A stretch of DNA of 64,000 nucleotides from Amoebidium appalachense (lineage: Eukaryota; Protista; Ichthyosporea). A program made the translations under genes and the position numbers. The stretch is taken from the NCBI GenBank assembly GCA_963693365.1, contig CAVNZM010000011.1, forward strand, positions 4,720,639 through 4,784,638, read 5' to 3'. The notes below the pieces were generated by a model. The model did no database searches and was not told where the DNA came from. It worked only from the letters and a program-made list of their open reading frames with translations. Within the stretch, counting starts at the first letter, position 1. Each line of letters starts with the position of its first letter. This document shows, in pieces, positions 39,319-52,724 of this stretch.

Positions 39319-40107
39319 GGACGCTCTGAAACCGTCTCGCAATGGAATAGAGCCACCATGAGGGGCACCATTACAGCATCATCATAGCATCCTGCCTGGC
39401 CGGTCACCATAGTCTCTTCTCGCTCTAGCGTACACGCATGATTGCGTGTGGGCGTTGGAACAATGTTGGAGCCAGCAAATACCACACAGACCACCCTTCT
39501 CTCCCTTCTCTCCATGTGCACAGTACACACAAATCGCAAAGCACGCCGCCAAAGCACACGGCCGATACCGGTGAGGGCCTGCCAATCATTAATTATTATA
39601 CTAATAATAATTTGCAGGGCAGCTCACCATGTAAACCGACCAACCTCTACAGGCCATGCCCGTCACTGAAAACGCCACAATGCGCAAACACACAACCTCG
39701 AGGCCGTCGGACATGAATGAAGGCAACACACGCACTCGCCCACGCGCGAACACACGCAAACCCAGGTACAGAAACCCACCGTGACACACGCCACGAAAGT
39801 GTGTGTTCACGTGCACTCGCCGTAGCTGTGCAATATTTGTTTCTGGGAAAAGAGCAATGTCGGACGCCGTTTAGACGGCCGGGGCTGAAAACACGGAATT
39901 GCTTGACTATATGCTGCGGTTCGCGTGCTCAAGCTTGGGAGCACAGCATGCCACTAGTAGGCAGGACGCTCTGAAACTGTCTCGCAATGGAACAGCCACT
40001 ATCCTAGGGGCACCATTACAGCATCATCATAGCATCCTGCCTGGCCGGTCACCTGCCCCTTCTCGCTCTAACTTACACATTTGATTGCATGTGGGCGTTG
40101 GAACAAT
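39319..40107. repeat. Diverged ~145-bp direct repeat pair (39319-39464; 39964-40107)
   Basis: Shared GGACGCTCTGAAAC...GGGGCACCATTACAGCATCATCATAGCATCCTGCCTGGCCGGTCACC...TGTGGGCGTTGGAACAAT. Confidence 0.85.
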
Positions 40108-40184
40108 TCGTCGATCTACAGTAGATATATAGTAGGAAGCCCCAAGACCTGCGCAGCCGGCTGTGCAGAGTGCGCTACATACAC

Positions 40185-40250
40185 ACACGCGTAAAAACGA
40201 TGCTACAGAGATTAGATGCAAATGATGCTCGATAAAAAAGCACGGGGAAA

Positions 40251-40281
<31 letters not shown>

Positions 40282-41252
40282 GGGGGGGGGCCTTTGGTCC
40301 CCACCTGGACAAGCATTGTAATTTTTTTATCCAAGGTGAGTGACAACTATTCCGAAAGGTATGCAGCTGGTTGTCTGTAATGAAAACGGTTTCCCCATTC
40401 AAATTGCTTTGCGATTGCTTTTCGGTATCTTGAGGTGAGCGGCTGTTCAGTGTTCACGTGTTAGTCACTTCAGCGAGGTGTAAACATTCTGTGGGTTGGT
40501 AACTAGAGACTCTGAACAGAAACAACATGCAAAGAAAACAAGCCGTACTGTACTTGTTGGTGACAGTGAGTCAGTGGTTGTGTGTCATTCCGGTCGTTCT
40601 GATTGGTGGTGTGCGATGACGCAACCGTTTGTTGATTGGCTAATAAATTGCTGTGAGCCTGCGAACTTCGCGAAGCTCGCGAACGTGATGACCTCGTGAC
40701 CTCGTCCAAGATCCGTACGTGTCTTTCAGATTCTATTCATGTATTTACAAAACAATGGAATGACTAAAGCCTGCATGTCCAGAAAAACATTCTGAGTTAA
40801 TTTTGAGGTTGGAAGTCTAGATTATAATTTATTAAGGTTTGCTCTGGAATTCTTCGAGGCCTACCTTGGCTGCCAAACTGTGAACAAGTTGTGCCACTTC
40901 TATTAGCAGGATATAGGGCCTAGGCCCGGGATAAGATTTAAGTTAGATCTAGATAGCATCCGAGGAAACCCCTGCGGCACACGCATAAAATCAATGCAAC
41001 AGAGATTATATGCAGCTGGTGCTCGATAAAAACAACAACCAAAAAAAAAAAAACAGCTGTTTGTCCCCATGCATCTGTTCATTTTTGATTCTATTTTTAC
41101 CTATCCAACAGGAGCGACAAGACAACTATTTCAAAAGGTATGTAGTTGGCATTCTATGATAAAAACGGCTTCGCCAATCAAATCGCTCCTTCAGGATCTT
41201 GAGCTGGTGCACCGTGCTTGTGACGTATTTGTGGCTCAGTGAGGTGCAAACA
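40185..41252. repeat. Older ~280-300-bp direct repeat pair (40185-40486; 40979-41252)
   Basis: Colinear blocks ACAGAGATTA, TGCTCGATAAAAA, GACAACTATT..AAAGGTATG, AAAACGG, ATCTTGAG, GAGGTG.AAACA. Confidence 0.7.
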
Positions 41253-41349
41253 AGACGCGCTCACGATAGCATCAAGCAAGCCCGAAAATTTTTCTTTTGA
41301 CTGGATTTATTCGACGGAAAGATATGCAAGTATGCACGGCATACTGAGA

Positions 41350-41464
41350 AGACAATAAAAACTTCACGAGTTATCCAGTAACAAGTGCATACTGAGATAC
41401 CTGAACAGACAATAAAAACTTCACGAGTTATCCAGTAACAAGTGCATACTGAGATACCTGAACA
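41350..41464. repeat. Perfect 57-bp tandem duplication
   Basis: AGACAATAAAAACTTCACGAGTTATCCAGTAACAAGTGCATACTGAGATACCTGAAC x2. Confidence 0.9.
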
Positions 41465-41668
41465 AATTCAGAAAATTTTGAAGGTATTTTTTCAAGCCCC
41501 GATGTATTTTGGGTTTCGGGTTATGGTATTTTTCGTACCATACCATGTCATTTGGCGGGGCACTGTTTGCGCAATCCAACCTCGGGAGTTGGCTCCGTAT
41601 CATAGCCAGATGCTTGCGGGCATATGTCTTATGAGGGGCGTGCGCGCACGCGCAGATGTGTGTATGTG

Positions 41669-41709
<41 letters not shown>

Positions 41710-42001
41710 GTGTGTGTGTGTGTGTATGTGTTTGTTTGTGTGAGTGTGTGTGTGTGTGCACGTGTGTGCAGTGTGCGTGCAGTGTATGTGTGTGTACATG
41801 TGTGCGTGTGTGTGTGTACATGATGTGTGTGTGTGACGGTGTGTACATGTGTATGTGTGTTTGTCAGGGCTGATCAGTACGGGGGCCCGGGACGGGCGTG
41901 TACATGTGTGTGTGTATCATGATGTGTGTGTATGCCATGATGTTTGATACGGTGTGTGTCAGAGTGTGTGTGTCATGGTGTGTGTGTACGGTGTGTCACA
42001 G

Positions 42002-42092
<91 letters not shown>

Positions 42093-42138
42093 CGTCACGG
42101 TCACAGTGTGTGTGTGTCACGTGTGTTTGTTTGTGTGT

Positions 42139-42200
<62 letters not shown>

Positions 42201-42653
42201 GTGTGTGTGAAATTTGTGTGTGTGCGTGTACGTCAGTGTGTGTGTGCATGTGTGTGTGTGTGTTAACGTGACACTGTACATATGTGTGTGTGTGTCAGTC
42301 AGTCACGGTGGGTGTGTGTTACAGTGTGTGGCGAGCGTGTACGTGTGGTGTGTGTGGGTGGGTGGGTGGGTGTATGTGTGTGTGCTCTGTGTGTATGTCA
42401 CGTGTGTGTACTAGTATGGCAGTGTGTGTGTGGATAGCGTTTATGAGTGTGTGTGACGGTGTGTGCCGGTGTGTACGCTTGTACAACACTGTGTGCGTGT
42501 GCCACAGTGTCACGTCCGTGAGTATATACGTGTACACATATGTGTGCCGTGTACACGTGTGTCTGTGTACGTGTGGGCCGGAGTACTAGCTGTGTGCGTG
42601 TCTGTGTACATGTGTGTGTGTGTGTGTGCCACGGTGTGTGAAGGTGTGTGTGT

Positions 42654-42689
<36 letters not shown>

Positions 42690-42943
42690 CGTTGCCGCAC
42701 GCGCACGAGCGCACACGTGCACGTGCACACACAACTTTTCACACACATGCTCACAAACACACACGTGGACACACACACACACACCGCGCATACAAAAACA
42801 AACGGCACCGCGCGCACCCAGGCACACACGCGCGTGCGCACGCACGGGCACACACACACACACACAAGTACACATGCGCACACACACGCGCGCGCATGCA
42901 CACACACACACACATGTACACACACACAAACACACACATGTAA

Positions 42944-42974
<31 letters not shown>

Positions 42975-43075
42975 CACACACACACACACACTGTCACACA
43001 CACACACGCACACACACACACACACAGTAACACACAGTACGCACACACACATACACACACGAACACACGTGCACG

Positions 43076-43112
<37 letters not shown>

Positions 43113-43727
43113 ACACAGACACACAAACACACAAAACACACACAAACACACGCACACACACACACACACACATGTATACAGGCACGCACACACATACACG
43201 GACGCACACATAGCACACACATGTACACACACACCGTGGCACACACGCACACACGTGGCGCCACTAGTCTTTGGAATATCCGTATCATGTGATGCCTGTA
43301 TACGTATGATATCATGGTTTACCACATGTGTTGTGTTATAATACGCAGCCATATGCATGGGAGCCGGGCGGGCGAGGGGGGGGGGGGGGGGGGAGGGGGG
43401 GGGGGGGCTTACCATGTCTTACCATGAAACCTCGGGAGGCTTACCATGAACCGAAAGTTTGTTGGTATTTTCAAAATTTTCTGGGTATTTTTTACCGTAA
43501 AAACGGGGTTATGGTCGGGCTTGGCATCAAGTAGCAAGTAGCGACAGTTAGGAGTGACTCTACATGTAGATACGTTACGATCGAGCATTTGTTCAATTAT
43601 TGGTTTCGGTTTGCCAACACTGCAGCACACATGTACACGTGCACCGTCCACACAACCACGCACCAGGTAACTTCAAATAACATAGCTAGCTTATATCATT
43701 TCCCTTAATCACTACACGCCTGCAAAA

Positions 43728-45033
43728 ATGGCCAGGGAAGGCCTTGGTCCGTTCCTTGGTCGTTTGTACCCCGAACTACGCTACAGCATTTATGGTCATC
43801 TCACCTTCTCCCAACTCCTCGCCTTGGCTTTGTGCTCAAAAGCACTTCACGAAGAAACGTTGAAACCCGAGACCAACAGCCAACAGCAATGCAGGCTGTC
43901 TGTTCGACCGCCCGGTCCCATCGCCATCAACATCACTGGGCGGAAGTTTCAGGATGCCCAAACCCTGCTTGCCTCGTTGGGGCGCCAGCCCTTCCGTCTG
44001 CATACGGGTGGTGGTGTCAAGGCCACCCAAGTGCTGCGCGTCACGTCCCCACCCTCTGTGAGGCCCAAAGCCGTTGGTAACAAAAACCACGCAGCAGCTG
44101 CAGCTGCACTTGCAGTTGCACAGGGGCAGCTTGAGGAGGCAGCAATTCTGTTTGCACATGCTGGCCCGTACTAGGCTGTGAACGAACTGGACATGGCCAA
44201 CAGCCCTGGGCTGCGCGACCGCCTGTTAGTGGATTACGTGTTTGCTTTCAAAAACCTGCGTACTCTCTCCCTGCAGAACTGCACGCTCCTGGATGGGAGG
44301 GCATTCGGGTGGGCTGTCTCGGAGAACAGGACCATACACAGTCACCCACATGTCCACGAGAAGTTCGAACTGGTCGACTTGTCTCAGAATCCCCGTGTGC
44401 TCATGTCGTGCCTCGATGCACTGGCAAACGAGGCTGCTTTTCCTGCCCTGCGGGAGGTGCGGGTGGTGGGCTGCACGGACATGCCCCACAACCGGCAGTC
44501 GCTGGTCTTCCGCTTGGCAAAACTGGCCAGCTTGCCCGTTCGAAGGTTGCCCCTGCGTATTGTGGCCGACCACGATGTGCCCGTGCACTCATATGCCGGC
44601 CTGGAAAAACTGTATCCGAAAGAGCTCCTCCCTCTGGGAAGCCCGCCGGCACCAAACGTGTTCCTCATTAAGGGGGTGGTAGTGAACCCCCCTGCACCGC
44701 TTGCCGCAGCTGACAGTCGGACGTCGATGGGCTCGGTGGCTGTGGGTGTGGAGTGTGTGGTGGGCGCGGTGGCTGCGGCACGGGCAGATGTGTGCATGGG
44801 TGGCCATGCGCACCGTGCTCAAGAACGTGCGTGCTCAGGCTGATAATGATTGGCTGGCTGGCTTACCAGATAAGGCAATGTCCGCAAAAGTGAGGGTTGC
44901 CTTAAAGGCGGCGGTGAAGAGGGGGGATCTGTTGGTGAAGGAAGGGAAGGGCGGGCAGATTTACACGCTGGCTGCAAACGGTGGAGCACAGGCAGGGGGC
45001 CAAGCCGGGGGAGGTGGGGCAGCCAAGGCTTGA
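43728..45033 (+). pseudogene. Intronless F-box + LRR + C-terminal H15 (linker histone)-like gene with an in-frame TAG and one frameshift
   Basis: F-box LGRLYPELRYSIYGHLTFSQLLALALCSKALHE. The TAG at 44172-44174 is in frame with LRRs (FKNLRTLSLQNC, FELVDLSQN, FPALREVRVVGC). A frameshift near 44800 joins ECVVGAVAAAR.. to VAMRTVLKNVRAQ..KVRVALKAAVKRGDLLVKEGKGGQIYTLA. Confidence 0.7.
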
Positions 45034-46218
45034 TCGCATGTATACTGTCCCGGTGGCCAATCAGTAGTGTTTTATTCGAGGTTCAGTAAAAACAGGTGCC
45101 GTTCTAACTATATCATAAACTGACCGTCCGCCGCCCGCGTGCTCACAAATACCAAATACTGTCTATTGCATTGAATTATGTGACTTAAGGATGACTGTTT
45201 TCCGAAAATAGCAATGGCTCCTCACATTCGACCTACAGTTATTAATGGAAAAGATCGTAAGGTTTTAAACTTGATGATGAGCACTCAGTGACGGGGTATA
45301 TGACCTTTTTTTGTACATAGCTATAACAACATCTACATACGTGACCTCACACACGTAAGGGTACTATACACCGTATCTGTTAATTTACCCTTCTTAACTC
45401 AGCTGGAAGCGCCATAGTCTGTTTAACGTACTTTTAAGCCTGTTAAGTACTGGTATAACTTGAAGTCTTTGTCTTCATTTGATGACGGTTTGCGGGGGGG
45501 TCCTTAGGGGTCCCTCGGGTCTTCTTTGAAGTGGCACCTCGACCGTCTGTATCTCGGTGACTGCATTGTTTGGCCTGGGTGGAGGCGGGCAGGGGGGGAT
45601 GATTGCAGGGGGGGGGGGGGGGGGGGGGGGGGGGAGGGGGGAATTTGCGGCAGCCAAGTCTTGATCGAATATCCCGTGGATTGAATTTGAGTTTCTTGTT
45701 GGAATAAACGCAATATAAAGCCAAACTGTGCACAATGTAGCACAATGTGCAAGTGGTTCACGCAAATTTATGCAAATTTACGCAAGTAATATTGGTCAAG
45801 GTTCCCACTCAGTCTTGGCCCCCACTCTTCCCCCCCCCCCCCCCCCCCCCCCCCCGCCTCCCCCCTCACCCACCCACCCAAAAAACCACCGCCCACCTCC
45901 CCTTTCCCCCCTCACCAACCCACCCAAATAACAACTCCCCCCCCCCCCCCCCCCCCCCCCTTCCCCCCCCCCCCCTCCCCCCCCCCCCCCCCCCCTCCCG
46001 CCCGCCAACCCCACCCCATCTTCCCCAAACCACCACTACCATCAGCACCACAAATTTTGAAGCCTTAATATCCAATTAGGCGGGCATACCTCAGTGCACA
46101 CATTTGCAAACCTAAACAAAAAAAAAAAAAAAAAAAAAGGTAGGGGAAGGGGGGGGGGGGAAGAAAATGCCCGTAAGTGGATCTATGCGTGCGAGCCTCG
46201 CGCGGGCGCATGTGGGCA

Positions 46219-46288
<70 letters not shown>

Positions 46289-46490
46289 CGTGTGTGTGCG
46301 TGTGCGTGCGTGTGTGTGTGTGTGTGTGTGCGTGCGTGTGCGTATGTGTGTGCGTGTGTGCGTGTGCGTGTGTGTGTGCGTGTGTGTGTGCGTGTGTGTT
46401 ATGTGTGCGTGTGTGCATGTGTCTGTGTGCATGTGCAGGTGTGTTTCTGTGCGCGTGTGGGTGTGTGCACGTGTGTGCTTCTATGTCACT

Positions 46491-46528
<38 letters not shown>

Positions 46529-46645
46529 GTATGAGTGTGTGTTTGTGCCTGTGTAGTGTGTGTGTGACACTGTGCGTGCGTATCTGCACGGGTGTGTGCG
46601 CGTGTGCATGTCAGCTTTTTTCGTTTTTTTTTTTTGTTTTTCAAA

Positions 46646-46676
<31 letters not shown>

Positions 46677-46928
46677 GGGGGAGTTGTCGTAATTGGCAAA
46701 GGCTTGCAGTCGTGAACAGGAAACGAAGTTGACACAGGTTATAGGACAGGTATGTGTGTGTATGAGAGAGAGGGATGTGGGGACGTGGGGAGAGGAGGGG
46801 GGTAGAGGGCGGGAGAGAAGGACAGCGGAAGGATGAAGAATGGCGTTGGGCGAGGGGGGTTTGGTGACACTAGGCTACTATTTTTTTTTTTCTTTTTCCC
46901 TTTTTTTTTTTTTTTTTTTTTTTTTTGG

Positions 46929-46965
<37 letters not shown>

Positions 46966-46988
46966 CTATATTCCGGTTTTGGGTTTAC

Positions 46989-47053
46989 TGCCCCCAACAC
47001 GGCAGACCCCAACATCACCGAGGTCTCTTCATCAGACAGCACCACGGGACATC
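46989..47053 (-). pseudogene. Orphan exon of FGGY carbohydrate kinase (C-terminal part)
   Basis: CAG|GA TGT CCC...GGG GCA|GTAAAC encodes (G)CPVVLSDEETSVMLGSAVLGA, matching the FGGY motif G.PVVLS...ESVL.GAA.LGA. Confidence 0.75.
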
Positions 47054-47800
47054 CTGCCATATATAGTAGGTTTACCAAATTTGGGTACCCTCGCCACTCA
47101 CTGTTGAACATGTTTGGTGGCCAAATATGTGGGCGGTACTCGACATATATGATGGTTTATGAGCTCCCAAATCATCATAATGGTAGCGGTATGTACTCAA
47201 CATGGGTGTTAGGTGATATAAGTTTCCAAACATGTGATCCGATAGTCACCAATGCGGATTTTCACTGTTAACTTAAGGCGAAGAAACACCAAGCATGGTT
47301 GGTTGGTTGCCACATTTGCGTACAGTATGCACCATATATTCCGCAAAATGTGTACTACGTATGTGCTATACATCGTATGTTGCTTCCCAATATTTATATG
47401 GCAAAGCATGTGTGTGGTATGTTACTGCGGACAGCCCACTTTATGCATGTTGGTGGCTGACACAAAGGCGCAGAAGGAGGGATAAGTGTTTGTGTATGTA
47501 TGTGTCCCGGTGTCTGTGTGTGTGCGTGGGGGGGTGGGGGGTGGGTGGGGGGGTGGGGGGGGGGGGGGGGGGGGGGGGGTCCCTGCCATGCATCACAGAT
47601 TGACCAATGGAGCCGGGGAAGACCACATCGCAAAATTCAAGCATGCATATGCAATGAGCAGGGAAAAAAGGGCATTCAGACACATAGGCACCACACTTAA
47701 TCGTGTGGAGCACACAGGCACACAAACAAACACACACACACACAGACACACGCAGACACACACACGCACACACACACACACACACACACGCTCACACACG

Positions 47801-47876
<76 letters not shown>

Positions 47877-48015
47877 CAAGCATGCATGCACCCACGCACA
47901 CACGCACACACACACACGCACACACACGCACACACGCACACGCACACGCACACACACGCACACACACACACACACACACACACGCACGCACACGCACACA
48001 CACGCACACACACAC

Positions 48016-48048
<33 letters not shown>

Positions 48049-48069
48049 GGCACTCGCACACACACACAG

Positions 48070-48199
48070 CTTGACCACATGGTGGAGACCCACTCTGCGA
48101 CCTTGGCACGTGACACAGGTGCATCCAGCCAATCAGTTTACGAATACCTCAACTCCTACCTGGCTACCATGGCAACAGAGAAGGCCTTGGAAGTCCCTG
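48070..48199 (+). pseudogene. Orphan exon of FGGY carbohydrate kinase (central part)
   Basis: CACAG|CTTGAC...CCTG|GTACCT encodes LDHMVETHSATLARDTGASSQSVYEYLNSYLATMATEKALEVP, matching FGGY IDHMV..H.A........QS(I/V)Y.YLNS.L. Confidence 0.75.
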
Positions 48200-48205
48200 G
48201 TACCT

Positions 48206-48237
<32 letters not shown>

Positions 48238-49162
48238 TGGGAAAAAAAAAGAAAAGGGAAAAAAAAAAAGAACAAAAAAAAAAGTAAACACGCACCGTGT
48301 CGGGCTGGTGTCTTACATGCAGTCTTCATATATTTGCGTTAGTGAATTGATTTTTTGCCAAGTAATACGTTTACGTGTATCTCCATTGTTTTGTACACTT
48401 TAATCTTCTGAAAAAATCTGTGTTACAGTAGTGAAAGATATTGCTACACCTGATTTTTTTTCGCCCTTTTTCGACCTTTTTTTCGACCCAATCACAATAA
48501 AGCCTCCCCATCCCCCCCTTTCTCCAAACAATAACATGAGAAGGAAAGGGATACTTGAACCGATCAATAAAAACCTTGCGTAAAAGGCCTGTGTTAATAG
48601 TATGTGTTTTCCCAAAATTTCAACAAACAAATCATAAAAAAGAAAATAAGTAGTAGTTGTAAAAAAAATGATGATCATGACTTTGGACCGTGGCAACTCA
48701 ACTTGATTTCTTTTTTCTATTCAATTTGGCAGTCACATACATTGTTCTGCCGGGTTCATATGTTCATATTTTATGTAGGCTCAGTGCCCGGTTCACCACC
48801 AAGCTGAATTTTTTGGGGGGGTAGGGTGGGTGATTGCATCTCGACAACTATAAACGGGCCCCCTTGAAGATGTGAAATTCATGCAAAATTATCAGTACAG
48901 CTGCACACGATTCACTCTTGCTAATTACGCGGTTGATATCTTGGGAAACGGAGGGAGCACTGCCCCTCGTGTGCATGTATGGCTTACTGCGTTCTCCAGC
49001 ACGTACGGCAACACTCTAGACGAGGCATTGTAATTCAAAGCAGAACCAGAGCAAAAGCCCCAGCCAAGCCAATCAGTTGCAGTCTCTGAAGAGTCTAGAT
49101 GCGTGGACTCGGTGGTTTGTGTGTTTGTGTGTGTGTACGCATGTGTGTTCGTGTGTGTGTGT

Positions 49163-49226
<64 letters not shown>

Positions 49227-49320
49227 CGTGCGTGTGTGTGTGTGTGCGCATGTGTGTGTGTGTACGCATGTGTGTGTGTGTGTGTGTCAGTGTGTGTGCG
49301 TGTGTGTGTGCGTGTGTGTC

Positions 49321-49364
<44 letters not shown>

Positions 49365-49380
49365 AGTACAGAGTGTGTGT

Positions 49381-49411
<31 letters not shown>

Positions 49412-49460
49412 GGGGGGAGACTCTGAGAGAGAGAGAGTGTGTGTGTGAGAGAGAGAGTGA

Positions 49461-49494
<34 letters not shown>

Positions 49495-50128
49495 CGACAG
49501 AACCTGATGGAATTCACTGGGGGGGAAAGAAGACGAGAAGGAAATTTTTGGAGGTGCACGGGACCCATGTATGTGTATGGGGGGTGGGGTGGGGGGCATT
49601 TAAGCAGCTCTACGTTTTATTTTTTCCGTTTTTAGCCTTTTACCTACTAGCCTTTAAACCTTTTGACTCTGAGACTTTCTAACCTTTTAACCTTTTAATA
49701 AATATTAAGCAGTGGCCACATTATCCTCGCTGCCCTAAAACAGTAGTCTATTGGGCCCGGGATCCATGTACGTGAGATGCAGAGGCCGGCCCCTCAAAGG
49801 GTGGAAGAGTGACTATATTAAGGGCAGCTCTCTATTTTTTGGAGATCGAATGTGCCGAAACAACTACTAGAAACAACCAGATTAAGGCTTAACTAGAAGC
49901 ATAAATCCCATGAGTATACGCACAAGGGGGGTGGATGAAGGGGGGCTTAGGTGAGGCAAACTTTATGTTGGGAAGGGTGGGGGGGAGGGGGGGGGGGGGG
50001 GGGTTAGGGGGGGAAAAAGCAAGTGCAGTGGCAGCTGCTTATTTTTATGACTAGTGGGATTTTACTTTATGATCATTTTATGTTATGTTTTTTTTTTTTT
50101 TTTTTTTTTGGGGGGGGGGGGGGGGGGT

Positions 50129-50159
<31 letters not shown>

Positions 50160-50371
50160 TGGGGCGGTACACGGAAGCGTCCATCACATACTGAGTTGTG
50201 CAGCTCAGGTGTGTGTCGTTTTTGGACATGAAAGAGGGAACCCCAATGGGAAAGTTTAATGCTCCCCGGGCCGGGTCCTCAATCAATGGGCTTCGAAGAG
50301 GACAGGCCCTTCCCGCAGTGCCATGCATACGGTTTGGTGAGTGTCACTTCAAATCATGCCTAAAAAAGAAG

Positions 50372-50402
<31 letters not shown>

Positions 50403-50804
50403 GGGGGGGGGGAGGGGGGGGAGGGGGGGGGGGAGGGGGGGGGGGGGGGGGGCAGAGAGAGCAATTTAAAGAAGCGACAGACTATCTATGTTGTGTAATT
50501 TGGGTAGTTTGGTCTGTCTTGGTCTGAGTTCAGAAGTAACTTAGTCATCCATGTTACTCCTTGTGACCTGGGCTTAGTTAGAAGAGCAATTTATGCTTCA
50601 TTATAATTCATGCCATTGGTTATAATGATTGCGATTCTGAAACGCAAGTGTGCATTGTTCATATAACACGGAGAGGGAGGGAGGGAGGGAGAGAGAAATG
50701 GAGAGATGGGGAAGGACAAAAGAAACTTACAAAGAGAGCTCCTAGAGAGTCGTAGGGGGAGGGGAGAAGGGGAAGGGGTAGGAGGGAAAGACAGGCAAAA
50801 AGAA

Positions 50805-50954
<150 letters not shown>

Positions 50955-51209
50955 GGGGGGGGGGGGGAGAGGGGAGGGAGGGAGGGAGGGGGGGGGGGGA
51001 GAGAGAGAGAGAAAGAGAGAGAGAGAGGGAGAGAGGGAGAGAGGGAGGGAGGGAGGAGGGAGAGAGAGAGAGAGGGAGAGGGAGGGAGAGGGAGAGAGAG
51101 AGAGAGGGGGGGGGGGGGGGGGAGAGAGAGAGAGAGAGAGAGAGAGACCGAGAGGCCATGGGAGAGAGAACAAAGACACGACACACATACACACACTGCA
51201 CGCACACAC

Positions 51210-51992
<783 letters not shown>

Positions 51993-52724
51993 GACACACA
52001 CACAGACACACGCACACACACACACACACACACACATACGCACACACACACTGTCAAACAAAAACGAGCGCGTACGTTGTCACGTGTACACACACCGTGC
52101 GGCGCGTGTGCGTGCTTCACACACACAAACACAAGCACGCACACACGTGGTTCTACGTAATAGGGCCATTTAGCTAAATAGAAGACTCAGTCACTCAGGA
52201 CGAATTGCACGCCCTGCAAGGGTACTGCAAGGGCGGACGTACCCCCCCGTGTACTAATGGGATTGAAGAACGGCACGGCAAAAGCTGCATTCCTGTGATA
52301 AAATGTACTGGCGGTTTTTTTATTTGTAATTGCGTCTTTAAATATTATTGATTGATATTTGGGGTTTCATATAGATCACATGCAACGACGTTTTTGCTTT
52401 TCCCATGTGTCGCGTCACACTTTTTTGAGGATAAATACAATAGAAATGGGGATAGTATTATATTGAGCCCAATTCATGAGCATGCATTCCTATTGCATTC
52501 CTACCACCATTTCTGCCAGTTTCGCCGATGAGGTTGGTCCAAGGGAACTGAGTCACTCCCGACTCGATCACAATTTGTCGGCTGTTCTAATTTTAACTTT
52601 TCGAAAAGGAATAGTTTGATTCGTCACATATCATGCATAAATCTTGCCATCTACCTCCTAACGCAGAAACACATCCACTTCTCTCTTTTCAAGCTCGCTT
52701 TTCCGCTCCGTACCAACGCAAAAG

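Noticed and set aside
37342-44174. Non-standard genetic code (TAG as sense), suggested by in-frame TAGs at 37342 and 44172
   Set aside because: TAG is the genuine stop of the ferritin (14703) and Kazal (22610) genes, and the TAG at 37342-37344 is better read as a splice acceptor.
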